Shown piece after piece: positions 40,347 to 51,837 of a DNA stretch of 64,000 bases. The stretch is from Candidatus Bathyarchaeota archaeon (lineage in GTDB: Archaea > Thermoproteota > Bathyarchaeia > TCS64), in contig CAVYLP010000001.1 of assembly GCA_963769425.1 (NCBI GenBank), positions 32,001 to 96,000 of the forward strand, written 5' to 3'. Position 1 is the stretch's first letter; every line of letters starts with the position of its first letter. Made by a program: the position numbers and the translations under genes. The notes below the pieces were generated by a model, which had not been told where the DNA came from, did not search any database, and saw only the letters and a list, made by a program, of their open reading frames with translations.

Positions 40347-41474
40347 CTATGTGAAGGGTAGGCGCTTGTATCGTCTGTAGGTAAAGAAGACTATGATTAT
40401 CGTGGTGATTATGCTGGCAACGGTGTAGAAGATGAGTGGGGAGAAGACACTCAAGGGGGCTTCCGGGTTTCTTAGGATCTGGGCTGACTCGATTAGGATG
40501 AATCTGACCCAGACCGCTAGGTTTAGGCTGACTATGCTCTGGCCTAGGCGCTCATCTTTTCTTAGGTAGTGGTAGACGCCGCCTCCGGTTAGGGCGACAA
40601 TCGTGCCTAGGATTATGAGGTCTATCCCCTTCAAGAGGAATATAGAAACAAAGAGGGGGACGACTCCGACCCACCAGGCCCAGTCCCACAGAGGCTCGAT
40701 GGGTGTCGGCACTAGGAGTGCAGCTGAGCTTACTCCTTGGTAAGCCCCTACGAGTGCGACCAAGACACCGATGACCCTGCACACGAAAATTATCTGCTCT
40801 TCTGGTGGGGGTAGCTTTGGCTTAATGGTTGTTATCCTGTCGTATATGCCGAAGCCTTTTAGGAATAGGACGAATCCGACGACGAAGACGACTGCGAGGC
40901 CAGCGTTCTGCAATTGGTTGGAGGCTATGAGGAATCCGAAGATTAGTAGGAGGACTCCGGGTACGCCGAGGGCGAAACGGGAGTAATATGGGTCGTCAAT
41001 TATCATTCGTAGATACTTTCCGAATACGGCGTAGGTCTCCTCGATTCTCTCGCTGTGCTTCACGACTACGTGGTGGACGCTAGTTATCGGTACTCGGGTC
41101 TGGATTATGGGTTTGAGGACGTCGTCGGCGAAGCCGTCGGTGACGAGGACGATCCCCGTGGCGGGGAAGTTGGTCAACACTGTTTGGAGTTCTGTGACCA
41201 TCTTCCGGTCCGCTTCGACCCCACCGGTTGATGTGCCCGCGACTGTCGCGACTTGAAATTCTTCTCCGGGGTATTTTGCAACTAGTTCCTTGTAGAGTTT
41301 AACGGCGCCGAACATTGCATTTGAGTCGGCTTCCTCTGGGTCGGCTATCGCGAGGTTTGCGGCGGCTTCCCTGTTCTCTTTAGCGCCTATGACGGGTGTC
41401 TGCACGGTGGCCTTCTTACCGATGTCGTCGTCCTGATCTATGCACAAAATCAGGGTCTTGGCCTTAGCCGACAT
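40347..41474 (-). CDS. DUF373-family membrane protein
   Basis: LILCID.DDDIG.K, DPEEADSN, VTDG..D; C-terminal TMs. Confidence 0.85.
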   Translation of the reverse strand: MSAKAKTLILCIDQDDDIGKKATVQTPVIGAKENREAAANLAIADPEEADSNAMFGAVKLYKELVAKYPGEEFQVATVAGTSTGGVEADRKMVTELQTVLTNFPATGIVLVTDGFADDVLKPIIQTRVPITSVHHVVVKHSERIEETYAVFGKYLRMIIDDPYYSRFALGVPGVLLLIFGFLIASNQLQNAGLAVVFVVGFVLFLKGFGIYDRITTIKPKLPPPEEQIIFVCRVIGVLVALVGAYQGVSSAALLVPTPIEPLWDWAWWVGVVPLFVSIFLLKGIDLIILGTIVALTGGGVYHYLRKDERLGQSIVSLNLAVWVRFILIESAQILRNPEAPLSVFSPLIFYTVASIITTIIIVFFTYRRYKRLPFT

Positions 41475-41738
41475 ACCGTCTCTCTCAAGCGAATACTCGC
41501 CGAGGATATATATGATTCTGCGTGCAAATTTATGAGGAAATAAACTAAGAATAGGGTGTCAATAGGGGCTGTCATTTGCAGACTTATTTGACTCTTTTAC
41601 TATTTCTTTTACACGCGCGTCATATATCCCTGTGACTATCTTCCTAGTCAAGGTGCACGTCTACTAGCACGAACCCTTTTGTATAGGGCGGACATTACTA
41701 CTAGCTAAAACTGGTAATGGGATAAGGAGAAAAAGAAA

Positions 41739-42122
41739 ATGAACACGAAGGGGATAACTGCTATTGCTGTGATTGCATTAATTGCTATATCAATAATTGT
41801 TATAGCATATGTTCAGTATCGCGGTGATGTTCAGGGAGGCGATAAAATCATATCCGACTTATCTGCAAAACCTTTAACGACGGTCGGGAATCCGACAATT
41901 AATACCGTATCATCGGCCAATACGCTCACTGAATTTAAAGGAGATGTCGTTAATGCCACCGTATATTATCAGAGAAGTTATGATAGTGCTATTTTTTACA
42001 TGATTGTTTCAGGGTCTCCCGACACTGCTAATCCTCTAGTATATCAAAGCATCAGTGTAATATCGTGGCAAACACGTTGGGATGGATGGAATATCGCAGG
42101 CGGAAGCTTACTGAATCCGTAA
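41739..42122 (+). CDS. Hypothetical secreted or membrane-anchored protein
   Basis: N-terminal KG + hydrophobic segment (class III signal peptide-like). Confidence 0.5.
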   Translation: MNTKGITAIAVIALIAISIIVIAYVQYRGDVQGGDKIISDLSAKPLTTVGNPTINTVSSANTLTEFKGDVVNATVYYQRSYDSAIFYMIVSGSPDTANPLVYQSISVISWQTRWDGWNIAGGSLLNP

Positions 42123-42549
42123 TTTTTTAAAATAAATGCGCGCTGCCTTGTCCCTTTATTGATTAATACTGGTTTTAAACGGTCATAACCCCCATCACCG
42201 GCTGAGAGGATCAACTGAATGCCTTCCCCGAGTTCTCCCCGCCAACCCGCCCGCCACGACGTTTCCCTGTAAGTGGTAACCACTAATAAGGTGTTTCCAC
42301 GGGACACCCTTCACACCGATGAATGAACACATCCAAACTGGGTTACGCCTTCGATTGAATGGCGTCCACCCAACCCGTACCTATTCACATCGTTCAATGA
42401 ATCGCGCCCCACGCCCTTCAATGGATGTTGAAGGCACCCGGAATGCAACGGTTTTCAATCGATATTCAATGGTTTTCAACACGTTTCAGATGGTTCCGGC
42501 GACGCGTCCCCGATGACGTCGCTATATATAGCTGAGTACTTTCCCAATT

Positions 42550-43488
42550 TCATACTTCTAAACCGAGTGCATCCTTGAGTCCCTTGTATCTGTTGCGGAT
42601 CGTGACCTCGGTGACGCCAGCTGCATCAGCAATAACTTTCTGTGTGCGTTTCTCGTTGTTTATTACACAAGCTATGTAGAGGGCTGCTGCGGCGAGTCCC
42701 ATCGGGTCCTTACCCGCGGTGGTACGGATCTTCTCGGCTTGACGGAGTATGTCTACGGCGGTCTGCTGAGTCTTTTCGCCTACACCGACTCTGGCGGCTA
42801 TTTTGGGGACTCTGAGCTGCGCGTCGGGTTTCGGCATCTGTATTCCGAGGTCCTTGATCATTAGGCGGTAGCATCGAGCTATGTCCTTCTTGTCCATTGG
42901 GCTCTGGTGTGTGATCTCTCTTAGTGTTCGGGGTGTCTGGGTTATCCTGCAGGCTGCGTAGAGTGACGCTGCAGCTATTGCGGATATGCTTCTGCCGCGG
43001 ACTAAGCCACTGTCCAGAGCCTTTCGGTAGATAACGGCGGCTCGCTCCTTGATTGTAGCGGGCATGTGAAGCTTGTCGCAGAGGCGGTCGAGTTCAGCCA
43101 TGGCTTGCGCGAGGTTGCGGTCTGTTGAGCTGTGAACTCGTGATCTAATTTGCCATTTTCGGAGTCTTAGCATCTGTAGTTTGGTATTTAGAGGGATGCT
43201 TCTTCCATAGGCGTCTTTTCCGATTCTGCCGATGACTGTGGTTAGGCCTTTGTCATGTACGGCGAAGCTGAGGGGGACGCCGACTCTGCTTCGGCTCTCC
43301 TTCTCGCCGGGCGTGAAGGCTCGCCACTCGGGGCCTTCGTTTATCATCGACTCTTTTAGTACTAGGCCACAGTCGCCGCATATTATCTCGCCTGATTCCT
43401 CGTCGTGGATCAGGTTTTCACCGCCGCATTCGGGGCAGTGGTCTTCACCGCTTCGACGGATTTTATGGTGCGGCTTTATGGTTATCAC
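42550..43488 (-). CDS. tfb: Transcription initiation factor IIB
   Basis: CPECG..GEIICGDCG, PEWRAF, RLRKWQ, GKDP.G.AAA.LY, VTEVTIRNRY. Confidence 0.96.
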   Translation of the reverse strand: MITIKPHHKIRRSGEDHCPECGGENLIHDEESGEIICGDCGLVLKESMINEGPEWRAFTPGEKESRSRVGVPLSFAVHDKGLTTVIGRIGKDAYGRSIPLNTKLQMLRLRKWQIRSRVHSSTDRNLAQAMAELDRLCDKLHMPATIKERAAVIYRKALDSGLVRGRSISAIAAASLYAACRITQTPRTLREITHQSPMDKKDIARCYRLMIKDLGIQMPKPDAQLRVPKIAARVGVGEKTQQTAVDILRQAEKIRTTAGKDPMGLAAAALYIACVINNEKRTQKVIADAAGVTEVTIRNRYKGLKDALGLEV

Positions 43489-43659
43489 TCCAATTGTCTA
43501 TATCCATCTCAGAGGACTACTCAACCATCGGTGGGATTGTAGAACTGATCACTTGGAGCATAGAAATGCTTATAAATAGATCATATAAGTTTTTGCTTTT
43601 AGTTTAGATTGAATTATGTGAGGAGGTTTACTTTCTAAAATGTATTCTCTCAATTTTTT

Positions 43660-44064
43660 TCAGGTTTTTCTGTATTTTTCCACGGCATCTCTAATTTTCT
43701 TTGCTAGTATTGTATAGTGAATGAGATTGGGTTCCTTATGGACGTAGTCATCGACGTATGAGATGTCAGCTACTTCGTCGCTTTCTCTACCTGTATATAG
43801 GATGAATGGAACGCTGAGGAAGTCCTTTATCACCTTGCAGAGTTGGATACCATTCATTCCAGGTAAAATAAAATCTGAAACTACGCAATCTATGCGTTTC
43901 TCTCTTAGAATCTTTAAAGCATCTTGTGGTCTCAACGCATTACAAGTCTCAAAAACTTGATCGGCATTTTCGAGATTGTATGATACAAGTTCTATTTGGT
44001 TTGCGTCATCGTCCACAATCATGACACGTATTGGCTCTTTAAGGGAGGACGATGAATTTGACAA
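43660..44064 (-). CDS. Stand-alone response regulator (REC)
   Basis: IVDDD, DCVVSDF.LPGMNG, ILYTG. Confidence 0.85.
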   Translation of the reverse strand: MSNSSSSLKEPIRVMIVDDDANQIELVSYNLENADQVFETCNALRPQDALKILREKRIDCVVSDFILPGMNGIQLCKVIKDFLSVPFILYTGRESDEVADISYVDDYVHKEPNLIHYTILAKKIRDAVEKYRKT

Positions 44065-44285
44065 TACGCATCGTTGTTAACTCGACGAGGTTAAATATTA
44101 ATTATTTTAGAGGTGAGAATATGGAGAACGAGATTATGGGTTATTTTAATAAGGTTCCAGAGCTACTCTAATAATCTCTTGATTTTGCTAGATTCTCCTA
44201 GCAATCAATTTTTCATGACCTGAATAGTTGATTTGAGGGTGACAACTACTCTTATATTACCCCTCCGGGTTTATGAAACGGCAGT

Positions 44286-44361
44286 AGCCCGGTCGTCTAG
44301 CGGTCAAGGATCGGGGCCTCTGGAGCCTCTGACAAGAGTTCGAATCTCTTCCGGGCTACCA
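44286..44361 (+). tRNA. tRNA-Gln(CTG), CCA encoded
   Basis: Acceptor AGCCCGG/CCGGGCT, anticodon arm GGGGC-CT-CTG-GA-GCCTC, T-loop GTTCGAATC. Confidence 0.95.
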
Positions 44362-44685
44362 ATTAATATTTTGGAGTCTATATTCTGAGGGCTTTACTGA
44401 TCCCTCCAACAAGTGAGTGAAAAGTCAACACGAGAGGTTTTGTAGTTAATGCTGATCCACGTTTTGAACCGATCAGAGAAGTCATAAATACTCTAATGTA
44501 TTCGATCTTGCAAAATTCCTTAATAGATTTGCCAGTTAATTTAAAGATATAGTTAATTAAATTAAAATAATGCTCATTTGTTAAGATGGTTAGTATGTAT
44601 AGTGAGAGTTAGAATAGTGCTGATGGATGCATATTGCACTTAAAGGTTATTAAAATAACACGTTGAAGAATGTAAGTAACTAATT

Positions 44686-45018
44686 CTAAAGGTCTAATCC
44701 CATCTTGCTGATAGATTCATTGAACTTATTGTATTCGAGGAGGAACTTTTCCCCCTTCTCCGTGACCATAACCTTAGCACCGAGGTACTCGCAAAAGCCA
44801 ATGTCATCGAGATAGCTTAAAACATCTTTAAGGCGGTCATAGGGCATATTAACCCGCGCAGCAACGCGGGTGAGGCTCTGCTTCCTATAGTCAGTGATTT
44901 CATGTTTGAGGGCAGTGAGTATATCGAAGTAGATCTCGAACCTGTTCCGCTTCCGCTGCTTAGAAGTAGGTTCAATACTACTATTTGATAGAACGCTGTC
45001 TAACTTAGCCACCCTCAC
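44686..45018 (-). CDS. Winged-helix regulator (HTH_45-like)
   Basis: RNRFEIYFDIL...VTEKGEKFL. Confidence 0.8.
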   Translation of the reverse strand: MRVAKLDSVLSNSSIEPTSKQRKRNRFEIYFDILTALKHEITDYRKQSLTRVAARVNMPYDRLKDVLSYLDDIGFCEYLGAKVMVTEKGEKFLLEYNKFNESISKMGLDL

Positions 45019-45323
45019 TCACAAGAGGATGCTAACATGAAGTAATTATTTATAGAAAATGGATTGGTGATTAAGAATAACACATAATATTCTTTTAATG
45101 AAAGATAAAGTCAATGACTGATAGGACGCTGTAGCGGATTGTCACGCTAAACTCGTAGTGTTAAGCTTTTTCTGCTCTTTCATTTTCATCAGTTTGTTGG
45201 CTTCATTAATCTACATCGGGGGAGGCAGGTTAAGAACCTCCACGTTCGAGTTTATGTGGTTAATACGGACTCAATCAACGTCGCACTACGACGAAATAGG
45301 TCTAAAAAAAGGTGAGGAGAGTT

Positions 45324-45626
45324 CTATCTCCAGTTCATTATCTCGACGGGTTTCTTCTTTTCTATAACCCATTTAACCTTACCGAAATATTGTAAGACGT
45401 TTTGACCTTTTTCGGTTATATGATATACCTTGTTGCTCCTCTGATCACGTTCATCCGCACCTAACTCCTCTATGAGCTCTTGGTTGACTAGCGATTTGAG
45501 CATCTGCTGAAGAGGCTTCCAAGATAGGTTAGCAGCGTACATAATCTTTGTTGGTAGTATGGTCCCGCTCCTGATCTCCTCCATTATGTCCACGTAGATT
45601 TCAAGTTTCGATCGTCTGTTAGTCAT
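45324..45626 (-). CDS. Winged-helix regulator (HTH_45-like), paralog A
   Basis: RRSKLEIYVDIM...TKIMYAANLSW...ITEKG. Confidence 0.85.
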   Translation of the reverse strand: MTNRRSKLEIYVDIMEEIRSGTILPTKIMYAANLSWKPLQQMLKSLVNQELIEELGADERDQRSNKVYHITEKGQNVLQYFGKVKWVIEKKKPVEIMNWR

Positions 45627-46185
45627 ATTATCTTTTCTTCCCAGTTTAGTCCCTCTCTATTCACAACATATATTCTAGGTGACTTTCACTGATTAACTAG
45701 AATAAGCCTATTCCTTAATTAACTGTTGGATGACGATAACTCCTTGGATGTTTATTATTAATATTGGATTACAAAAAATATGTAGTCTCCAATATAGTAA
45801 ATTTTGATGAAATTTATGAGATATTTTGTATTTTAATGTTAATTATTGTTTATTTGATTAAACTTACGTGTACAGGTTAGAACAATTAGCCTCGATCATT
45901 ATATTTACTTGGATGTGAATACACTTTCTCTAATAATGATGGAGTACGAATCAATCAAAAACCAAGAGGTAATGAAATTGAACAAGGAAACCTTATTTTT
46001 ATTAATTAGGATGATCGTGGCAACCAAAAAGCACGCTCTCTTCGTTTTTGATGAAAAGGATACTCATGCTCTGCAGCCCCGAGGCTGAGTTCATCACAGG
46101 GCGGTACTCAGCGTTGACGGGGGACTCAGTGCAAGGCGACATGGGATCCCTGTGAGTCCATAGATAAGAAAGGTTTGGTATAAGA

Positions 46186-46641
46186 TTATGAACTCGTCGA
46201 ATCCTTAGTCGACTCCACAACGAGCCTACGCCAGAGCCTAACTGTTTCAAACCATAGAAGGGCCACCAGAGCGACGGATGAACCAATTAGGTAGGGTGTG
46301 AAGAGGCTTGATAATAGGGATTCGAAGCTGAAGAAGGCGATCAGAATAGTGAATAATACCGTGAAGAAGAACAGCTGTGGGACCAGTGCGTTTCCCACCT
46401 TTGAGTATCCTTGGAGAATCTCAGTCGAGGCCTCTTTTAAAGCAACATATCTACTCTCCTCATCCTGCTGCACGTAACCGGAATCCACTAGTCTACCTAG
46501 GTGGTACGAGGCAAGTGAAGGCGTTGAGAGGCTTAGACCTCGTTGGACTTCCCTGAGTTCACTCGGTCCATGTGTTAATAGATACAAATAGGCTCTGAGG
46601 GTGTTTCCCGTGATCTCTTTCTGAGTCTTCTTTTTAGTCAC
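46186..46641 (-). CDS. wHTH protein with two C-terminal TM helices
   Basis: REVQRGLSLSTPSLASYHL..L; hydrophobic C-terminus. Confidence 0.75.
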   Translation of the reverse strand: MTKKKTQKEITGNTLRAYLYLLTHGPSELREVQRGLSLSTPSLASYHLGRLVDSGYVQQDEESRYVALKEASTEILQGYSKVGNALVPQLFFFTVLFTILIAFFSFESLLSSLFTPYLIGSSVALVALLWFETVRLWRRLVVESTKDSTSS

Positions 46642-46903
46642 GGAGTGCCACCATAATTGCAGATATCATCCATTCTTGTAGCATTTGAAGATTGATACGT
46701 ACGCAAAATCTCACTTTTAAATCTGTTACTCGCGTTGTGAAAGATAGGAACACCGGAGTACATTATGAGTGCGACGTTCATGCTTTGCAGTCCAGAGGAG
46801 GATATCATTACTAGTACTGTTCTCAGTAAAAAGGGGAGGATAAACACAAGGCGAAAAAGGATCCTTTTGAACTTTTAGTTCACAAGCAATGCCTTGTAAA
46901 TAA

Positions 46904-47812
46904 CTACAAACCAATGCTAAATGAACTAATTATTATAATAATTTGAGTTACGAAGAAAAAACCGTATATTATTTTACGAGCCCTCATTGTCATCTTGACA
47001 TCAAAAGCTGACCTAATTGGAAATACTCCCCACCTAATTGCAACTAAACTAGATATTACAACAACTATAGGTAAAAGAACACTGAATCCCATTCTTGCAT
47101 ATGTTAACGGGGTTATAGTCATCATAAAGAGAACCGCTAATCCCAGGAGCAGGACTTTTCTCCTCCATTTCAAAGCTCTACTTAAAGAATTTACTTTGTA
47201 AATCTTGTCCTCGTTCATGTCGAAAGAGTCAGCTAATGCTGGAAGACAAAGGAAAACAAATGATCCTAAGATAAAGCCTATAAAAACTGCAGGTAAATTG
47301 AAAGTTCCGGTTAAAGCAAAACTCGCAATTAGGCTTGTAAATGGGAAACCCGAAGAGGTGATTAGTTCCTTTACAATGAACATATTCTTTAATCTTATGC
47401 GCGGATCACTATAACTTAATAAAAGTATCAACCAAGCCAAGCTTATAATGAAAGTTATTAGATTAATGAGAAATGCGATGCTTAAAGCCCCTAACCCTGA
47501 TAATACGACTAATAAAATCGCCGATTCTCTATGAGCCTTTCCATTTACTAGGGGTCTATTCTGTTTTAATGGGTTTAGTTTATCCATTTCAACGTCTACT
47601 ACATCATTGTAGACATACACGGAAATTGCGATCAGAGTTGAAGTTGTTACCGCCATTATAGTAGTTATTACTTGAGGGAAACCATGACCTACGATCATGG
47701 ATGCTATTATTGCCGCCCAAGTAAATGGAAAAATGGCATATCCTTTCGATTTTATCAAAATACCGAAATCTTTTATGACTTGAATTGGGGATAATCCATA
47801 ATCTTTATCCAT
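46904..47812 (-). CDS. UbiA-family prenyltransferase (second paralog, AT-rich)
   Basis: YNDVVD.EMD..N...RPL, YSDP.IRLK, DSFD..ED. Confidence 0.85.
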   Translation of the reverse strand: MDKDYGLSPIQVIKDFGILIKSKGYAIFPFTWAAIIASMIVGHGFPQVITTIMAVTTSTLIAISVYVYNDVVDVEMDKLNPLKQNRPLVNGKAHRESAILLVVLSGLGALSIAFLINLITFIISLAWLILLLSYSDPRIRLKNMFIVKELITSSGFPFTSLIASFALTGTFNLPAVFIGFILGSFVFLCLPALADSFDMNEDKIYKVNSLSRALKWRRKVLLLGLAVLFMMTITPLTYARMGFSVLLPIVVVISSLVAIRWGVFPIRSAFDVKMTMRARKIIYGFFFVTQIIIIISSFSIGL

Positions 47813-47913
47813 TAGTGATTACCTCCCGCTTTAAAGGTAGCTGTTAATCTTGTATTTAAGCTTTATATTTGGAAAATTAAAGAAGTTTTTATCCGCGTAA
47901 ACACTTTACGTTC

Positions 47914-49848
47914 TTAAAAATGATTAGAATTTTTAGGATTATTATTTGATACTACCAATTTTTCTAATTCATTTTGAGAGTCTTGTGGACTACTATTTAT
48001 CACATCAAAAATTAAGTGAAATACAGTTCCTTTACCCGGTTTTGTTTCAACATCTATCTTAGAATTATGAGCATCCATAGTACTTTTGCAATAGCTAAGG
48101 CCAAGTCCGGTTCCATTTATCTTAGAGGTCGTAAATGGTTTGTAGAGATTTTTCATAACGTGTTCAGGTATTCCATTTCCGGAGTCTATGAAAGAAATGT
48201 CAACTTTACCTTCATAGGTGCGAACGTTTATTAGTATTTTTCCTCCATCCGGCATAGCTTCCACCGCATTTCTCAGCAGATTTTCAAATACTCTTCTTAT
48301 TTTTAATATATCTATGTTAACAAACACTTTTTCATTAGCTTCAAATTTTAATTCAATCCCAGGTGGGATTAAAGTCTCGGATAATACACTTCTTAATAAA
48401 GAAGTTATATTAGTTTCTTTTAAATCTAGCTGTACTTGTTTCGCTTTGCTTTTTAATTCATCTAACATAATTATTGCTCTATCAATAGATTTATCAATTA
48501 CTTCAATCATGTCTTTTGATTTATCTGGTCTGGCATTCATTAAATAACTTGCATTTTTAATTGTATTTAGAGGCCCCCTAAGATCATGGCCTAACATTGA
48601 TGCAAGTTTACCCATAGTAACCATTCTCTCAGATTCTCTTATCGTCTCAGATCTTTCTTCAACTAACCTCTCCAAATTTTTAGAATAATTTAGTAACTTA
48701 TCTTCCATTTCTTTTCTTTGAGATATATCTCTAGCAATTAATATTATCTGTCTTTTTTCATGATTTATTTCAATTAACTTAATTATAATTTCACCCCAAC
48801 CCATAGACCCATCTTTTCTTTTATAATACATTTCAATCTTTTCTATCTTTCCCATAATAATTTTGGAAAATGTTTTTATATATTTAGGCAGATCGATTGC
48901 ACGGATCGTTCCAACTTTTATAAAATTCTTACCCACCAACTCATCGGTAGAAAAACCGGTAAGTTGAGTAAAGGCAGGGTTAACATAGGTCAATTTACCC
49001 TTTAAATCAAGAGTAATTATACCATCGGGAGAAAGCTCCACGAGACTTCTAAACATTTCTTCTGAATTCTTTAACTTATTTTCAATTTCTATACTCTGTG
49101 TGATATCTCGAGAAATACTAAGAATTGCTTTTTTACCCTCATAATCAATTATGGTTGAATTGCTTTCGATCCTTATTATTTTTCCATCGTTTCTAATTAA
49201 TTCCATCTCATAAGGTTCATTAAATGATACATCATTCATATATTTATTAAGTCTATCTTTAATTTCCACTTGATTTTTAGGTACAATAAATTTCATTACA
49301 TTTATTCCAAATAATAATTTTGGATTTTCGTACCCTAACATATCAGCAAAAGCTTGATTTGTAAAAATTAGTGTTTCATCTCTAACTATAACTATTGCTT
49401 CCTTCGTACTTTCAACAATTTTCAGATATATTTGTTCAGTTCTTTTTTTCTCTACAACGTCTCTAATCCGTTTTGCCAAAACCTGGTAATGGCTTGGAGT
49501 TAGCTCTTTTCGAATATAATCATTTATACCAATGGAAAATGCCTTTTCTGCAACTTCTTCAGTTCCTTGACCGGTATAAATGATAATGGGTATACCTTTA
49601 TTATTGGATCTAATTGTTTTTGCTAACTCTAAACCATCTATTTCAGGCATTTTTAAATCTGTTAAAATGCAATCATATGCAACAAGGTCGATTTTTAAGG
49701 CTTCTTTTGGATCATTTATAGAACTCACATTAATTTCCGGGTCAAAAATTTTTAAAAATTCCTGTACCATTTCTAATTGACTTGCATCATCGTCAATATG
49801 TAATACCCTAATTAGACTTTGATTATTCTCTAGTATCCGGGTCGGCAA
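47914..49848 (-). CDS. Hybrid histidine kinase REC-PAS-PAS-HisKA-HATPase
   Basis: LHIDDD, DLKMP, GHDLRGPL, NAVEAM, GTGLGL. Confidence 0.92.
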   Translation of the reverse strand: MPTRILENNQSLIRVLHIDDDASQLEMVQEFLKIFDPEINVSSINDPKEALKIDLVAYDCILTDLKMPEIDGLELAKTIRSNNKGIPIIIYTGQGTEEVAEKAFSIGINDYIRKELTPSHYQVLAKRIRDVVEKKRTEQIYLKIVESTKEAIVIVRDETLIFTNQAFADMLGYENPKLLFGINVMKFIVPKNQVEIKDRLNKYMNDVSFNEPYEMELIRNDGKIIRIESNSTIIDYEGKKAILSISRDITQSIEIENKLKNSEEMFRSLVELSPDGIITLDLKGKLTYVNPAFTQLTGFSTDELVGKNFIKVGTIRAIDLPKYIKTFSKIIMGKIEKIEMYYKRKDGSMGWGEIIIKLIEINHEKRQIILIARDISQRKEMEDKLLNYSKNLERLVEERSETIRESERMVTMGKLASMLGHDLRGPLNTIKNASYLMNARPDKSKDMIEVIDKSIDRAIIMLDELKSKAKQVQLDLKETNITSLLRSVLSETLIPPGIELKFEANEKVFVNIDILKIRRVFENLLRNAVEAMPDGGKILINVRTYEGKVDISFIDSGNGIPEHVMKNLYKPFTTSKINGTGLGLSYCKSTMDAHNSKIDVETKPGKGTVFHLIFDVINSSPQDSQNELEKLVVSNNNPKNSNHF

Positions 49849-49981
49849 ATTAATCTAGGTTTTACGTATGTTTGCCTTTTATGGGCTTTATCGATGAATG
49901 ATACGTATCACCATTCTATTTCACGATAAACAATCTAGGAATTTACTAATATTTTATGAATTACTTGGAAGACTAAAAAAA

Positions 49982-50133
49982 CCATGTGTCCATAACCAAC
50001 ATACAAACGAGTGAGACGTTATTCGTATATTGATGATTTTTAGTTAAGCCTTCATAAAATCATAGTTTAGCTTCATCGATCAAAACAGCAATACAAGCTT
50101 GAAAAACCATGTATGCTGGTTATGGACACATGG
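49982..50133. repeat. 152-bp element bounded by 24-bp inverted repeats (23/24 match)
   Basis: CCATGTGTCCATAACCAACATACA (49982-50005) vs TGTATGCTGGTTATGGACACATGG (50110-50133); A-runs on both flanks. Confidence 0.8.
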
Positions 50134-50163
50134 AAAAAAAAAGTTATTTTAAAAACTTTGTTT

Positions 50164-51350
50164 TTACTCATCTACGAGGATTTTAATATCTTTGTCAATG
50201 ATTTTGGACGCGTCAGAGAATCCGAACTGAGTGGCGGTATTTTTGTTAACATATTTGATTTTTGTACCTTTTAGGATAATCATCGAGCTGTTAGATGAAT
50301 CAAGAAGTGCACTTAGAGTCTCATCAGAATTATTTGTACGTTTTAAAAGCTCGATCCTTTTCATTGCAGAGGATATATGTTCAGAGATTATCTCAACTAT
50401 CTTTATATCCTCTTCTGAGAAAGCGTTTGACTTTTCGACTTGTAGATTTATGACTGCATTAACCGTTCCATCAATTTTTATGGGAACATCTAATTCGGAT
50501 AAAAGATCTGGGCCGTCGAAATTCTTTCTGTAGTGTGGGTCTTTGCTTGTATCCCATACGTACTGTGTTTCCCCTGTACTAACAGCCCTAACAATTATTC
50601 CTTTGTTGCTTAGCGGAAGATTTGGTAGTTTTTTAGCACCGAGATCGCGAACATATACAAATCTAAGATGGTCTTGATCGACAACACCTATTGTACCTTT
50701 TACCTGCCCTATGATCTCCTCTATTATATCGAATGAATACTCGGCGACTTTTTCTATTGAGTAGAGTCGAGACAGGTTTACTGCATGTCTCAAGGCATCA
50801 AGTTTGTCCTGCTCAGCATTCTCGTTTTTTCTTGATCTGTTAGGTCTCTGCTAAAGGAAAGGACCGCCTCCTCTCCCTTGAACTCAATAAGTCGAGACCT
50901 GACCTCAACCGGAATCAGCTTACCAGACTCGGTGATACTCACAGACTCAAAAGAAAGTTTACCGTCTCTTTTTATAAGCTCAACATATTCAGGCATAGAA
51001 CCTACTAAAGCGAGGGCTAGGAGCTCTTCTCGCTCCTTATTGACTAATTCACTGCGCCTTAAGCCAAATCTTTCACAAGCAGTTTCATTTATCTCAATAA
51101 GCTTGCCATCTAAAGTGTGAACGAATATTGCATCGAAAGCGTTATCTAGAATCTGACGCTCAAATTGATAATTTGAATAATCAAAATGATCACACACACT
51201 TTTTTGCTCGTCTTCTATCTGAACAGATTTCTTAATTGGTTGTAATATATCCAATTCGCTTCGAACATTAAAAACTATATGAGTATTTATTACAAATGGA
51301 TCAGAAAAACATATCACAAATATAAAAAATAAATAATAAACAAACTTCAA
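50164..51350 (-). pseudogene. PAS-GAF-(partial PAS) sensor, frameshifted near 50810 and truncated
   Basis: PAS (DAIFVH..DGKLIEINE.AC), GAF (SELDVPI...AFSEED), start of a second PAS then stop. Confidence 0.6.
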
Positions 51351-51837
51351 TTAAAAGATAATAACTAGAAGAAGATTGGTTCTATAATGATAATAAATGA
51401 ATATATAAAATTGTTCTAAAATATGCCGAGCAGCCCAAAGTTCAATGCAAGGTAGAAAATACCAGAGGACACAATCGCTACGGCAAGTATTAAAATTTCA
51501 ATCTCTTCCTTGTTCAGACTTCTACGCAAATCTTTAATCATTATTCGCGCCAATCCTTTTCACTGAGCACATAAGAGGAATCTAGGTGATAAGCAAATGT
51601 ATGTGTGAAAGAGATACATAATTTGTACTTCTAACAATCGTACATTTTTAGCAATAACCTCAATATTCATGATTTTGCATCCTTTTATTAGAGAAAATTC
51701 ACCACTTTTAATAGGAATTTATATCTATCAAGATAAAACTCATTTTTTATTAATAATATTTTAATGGATTTTAGATACAGATTAATTCTCCGCAACTGTC
51801 TTTTATGTACAAGTATCCCTCAGCAGTGGGGAATGCG

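Noticed and set aside
42319-42516. CRISPR array suggested by ATTGAAAAC-like units
   Set aside because: No regular repeat-spacer periodicity and no cas genes in the window.
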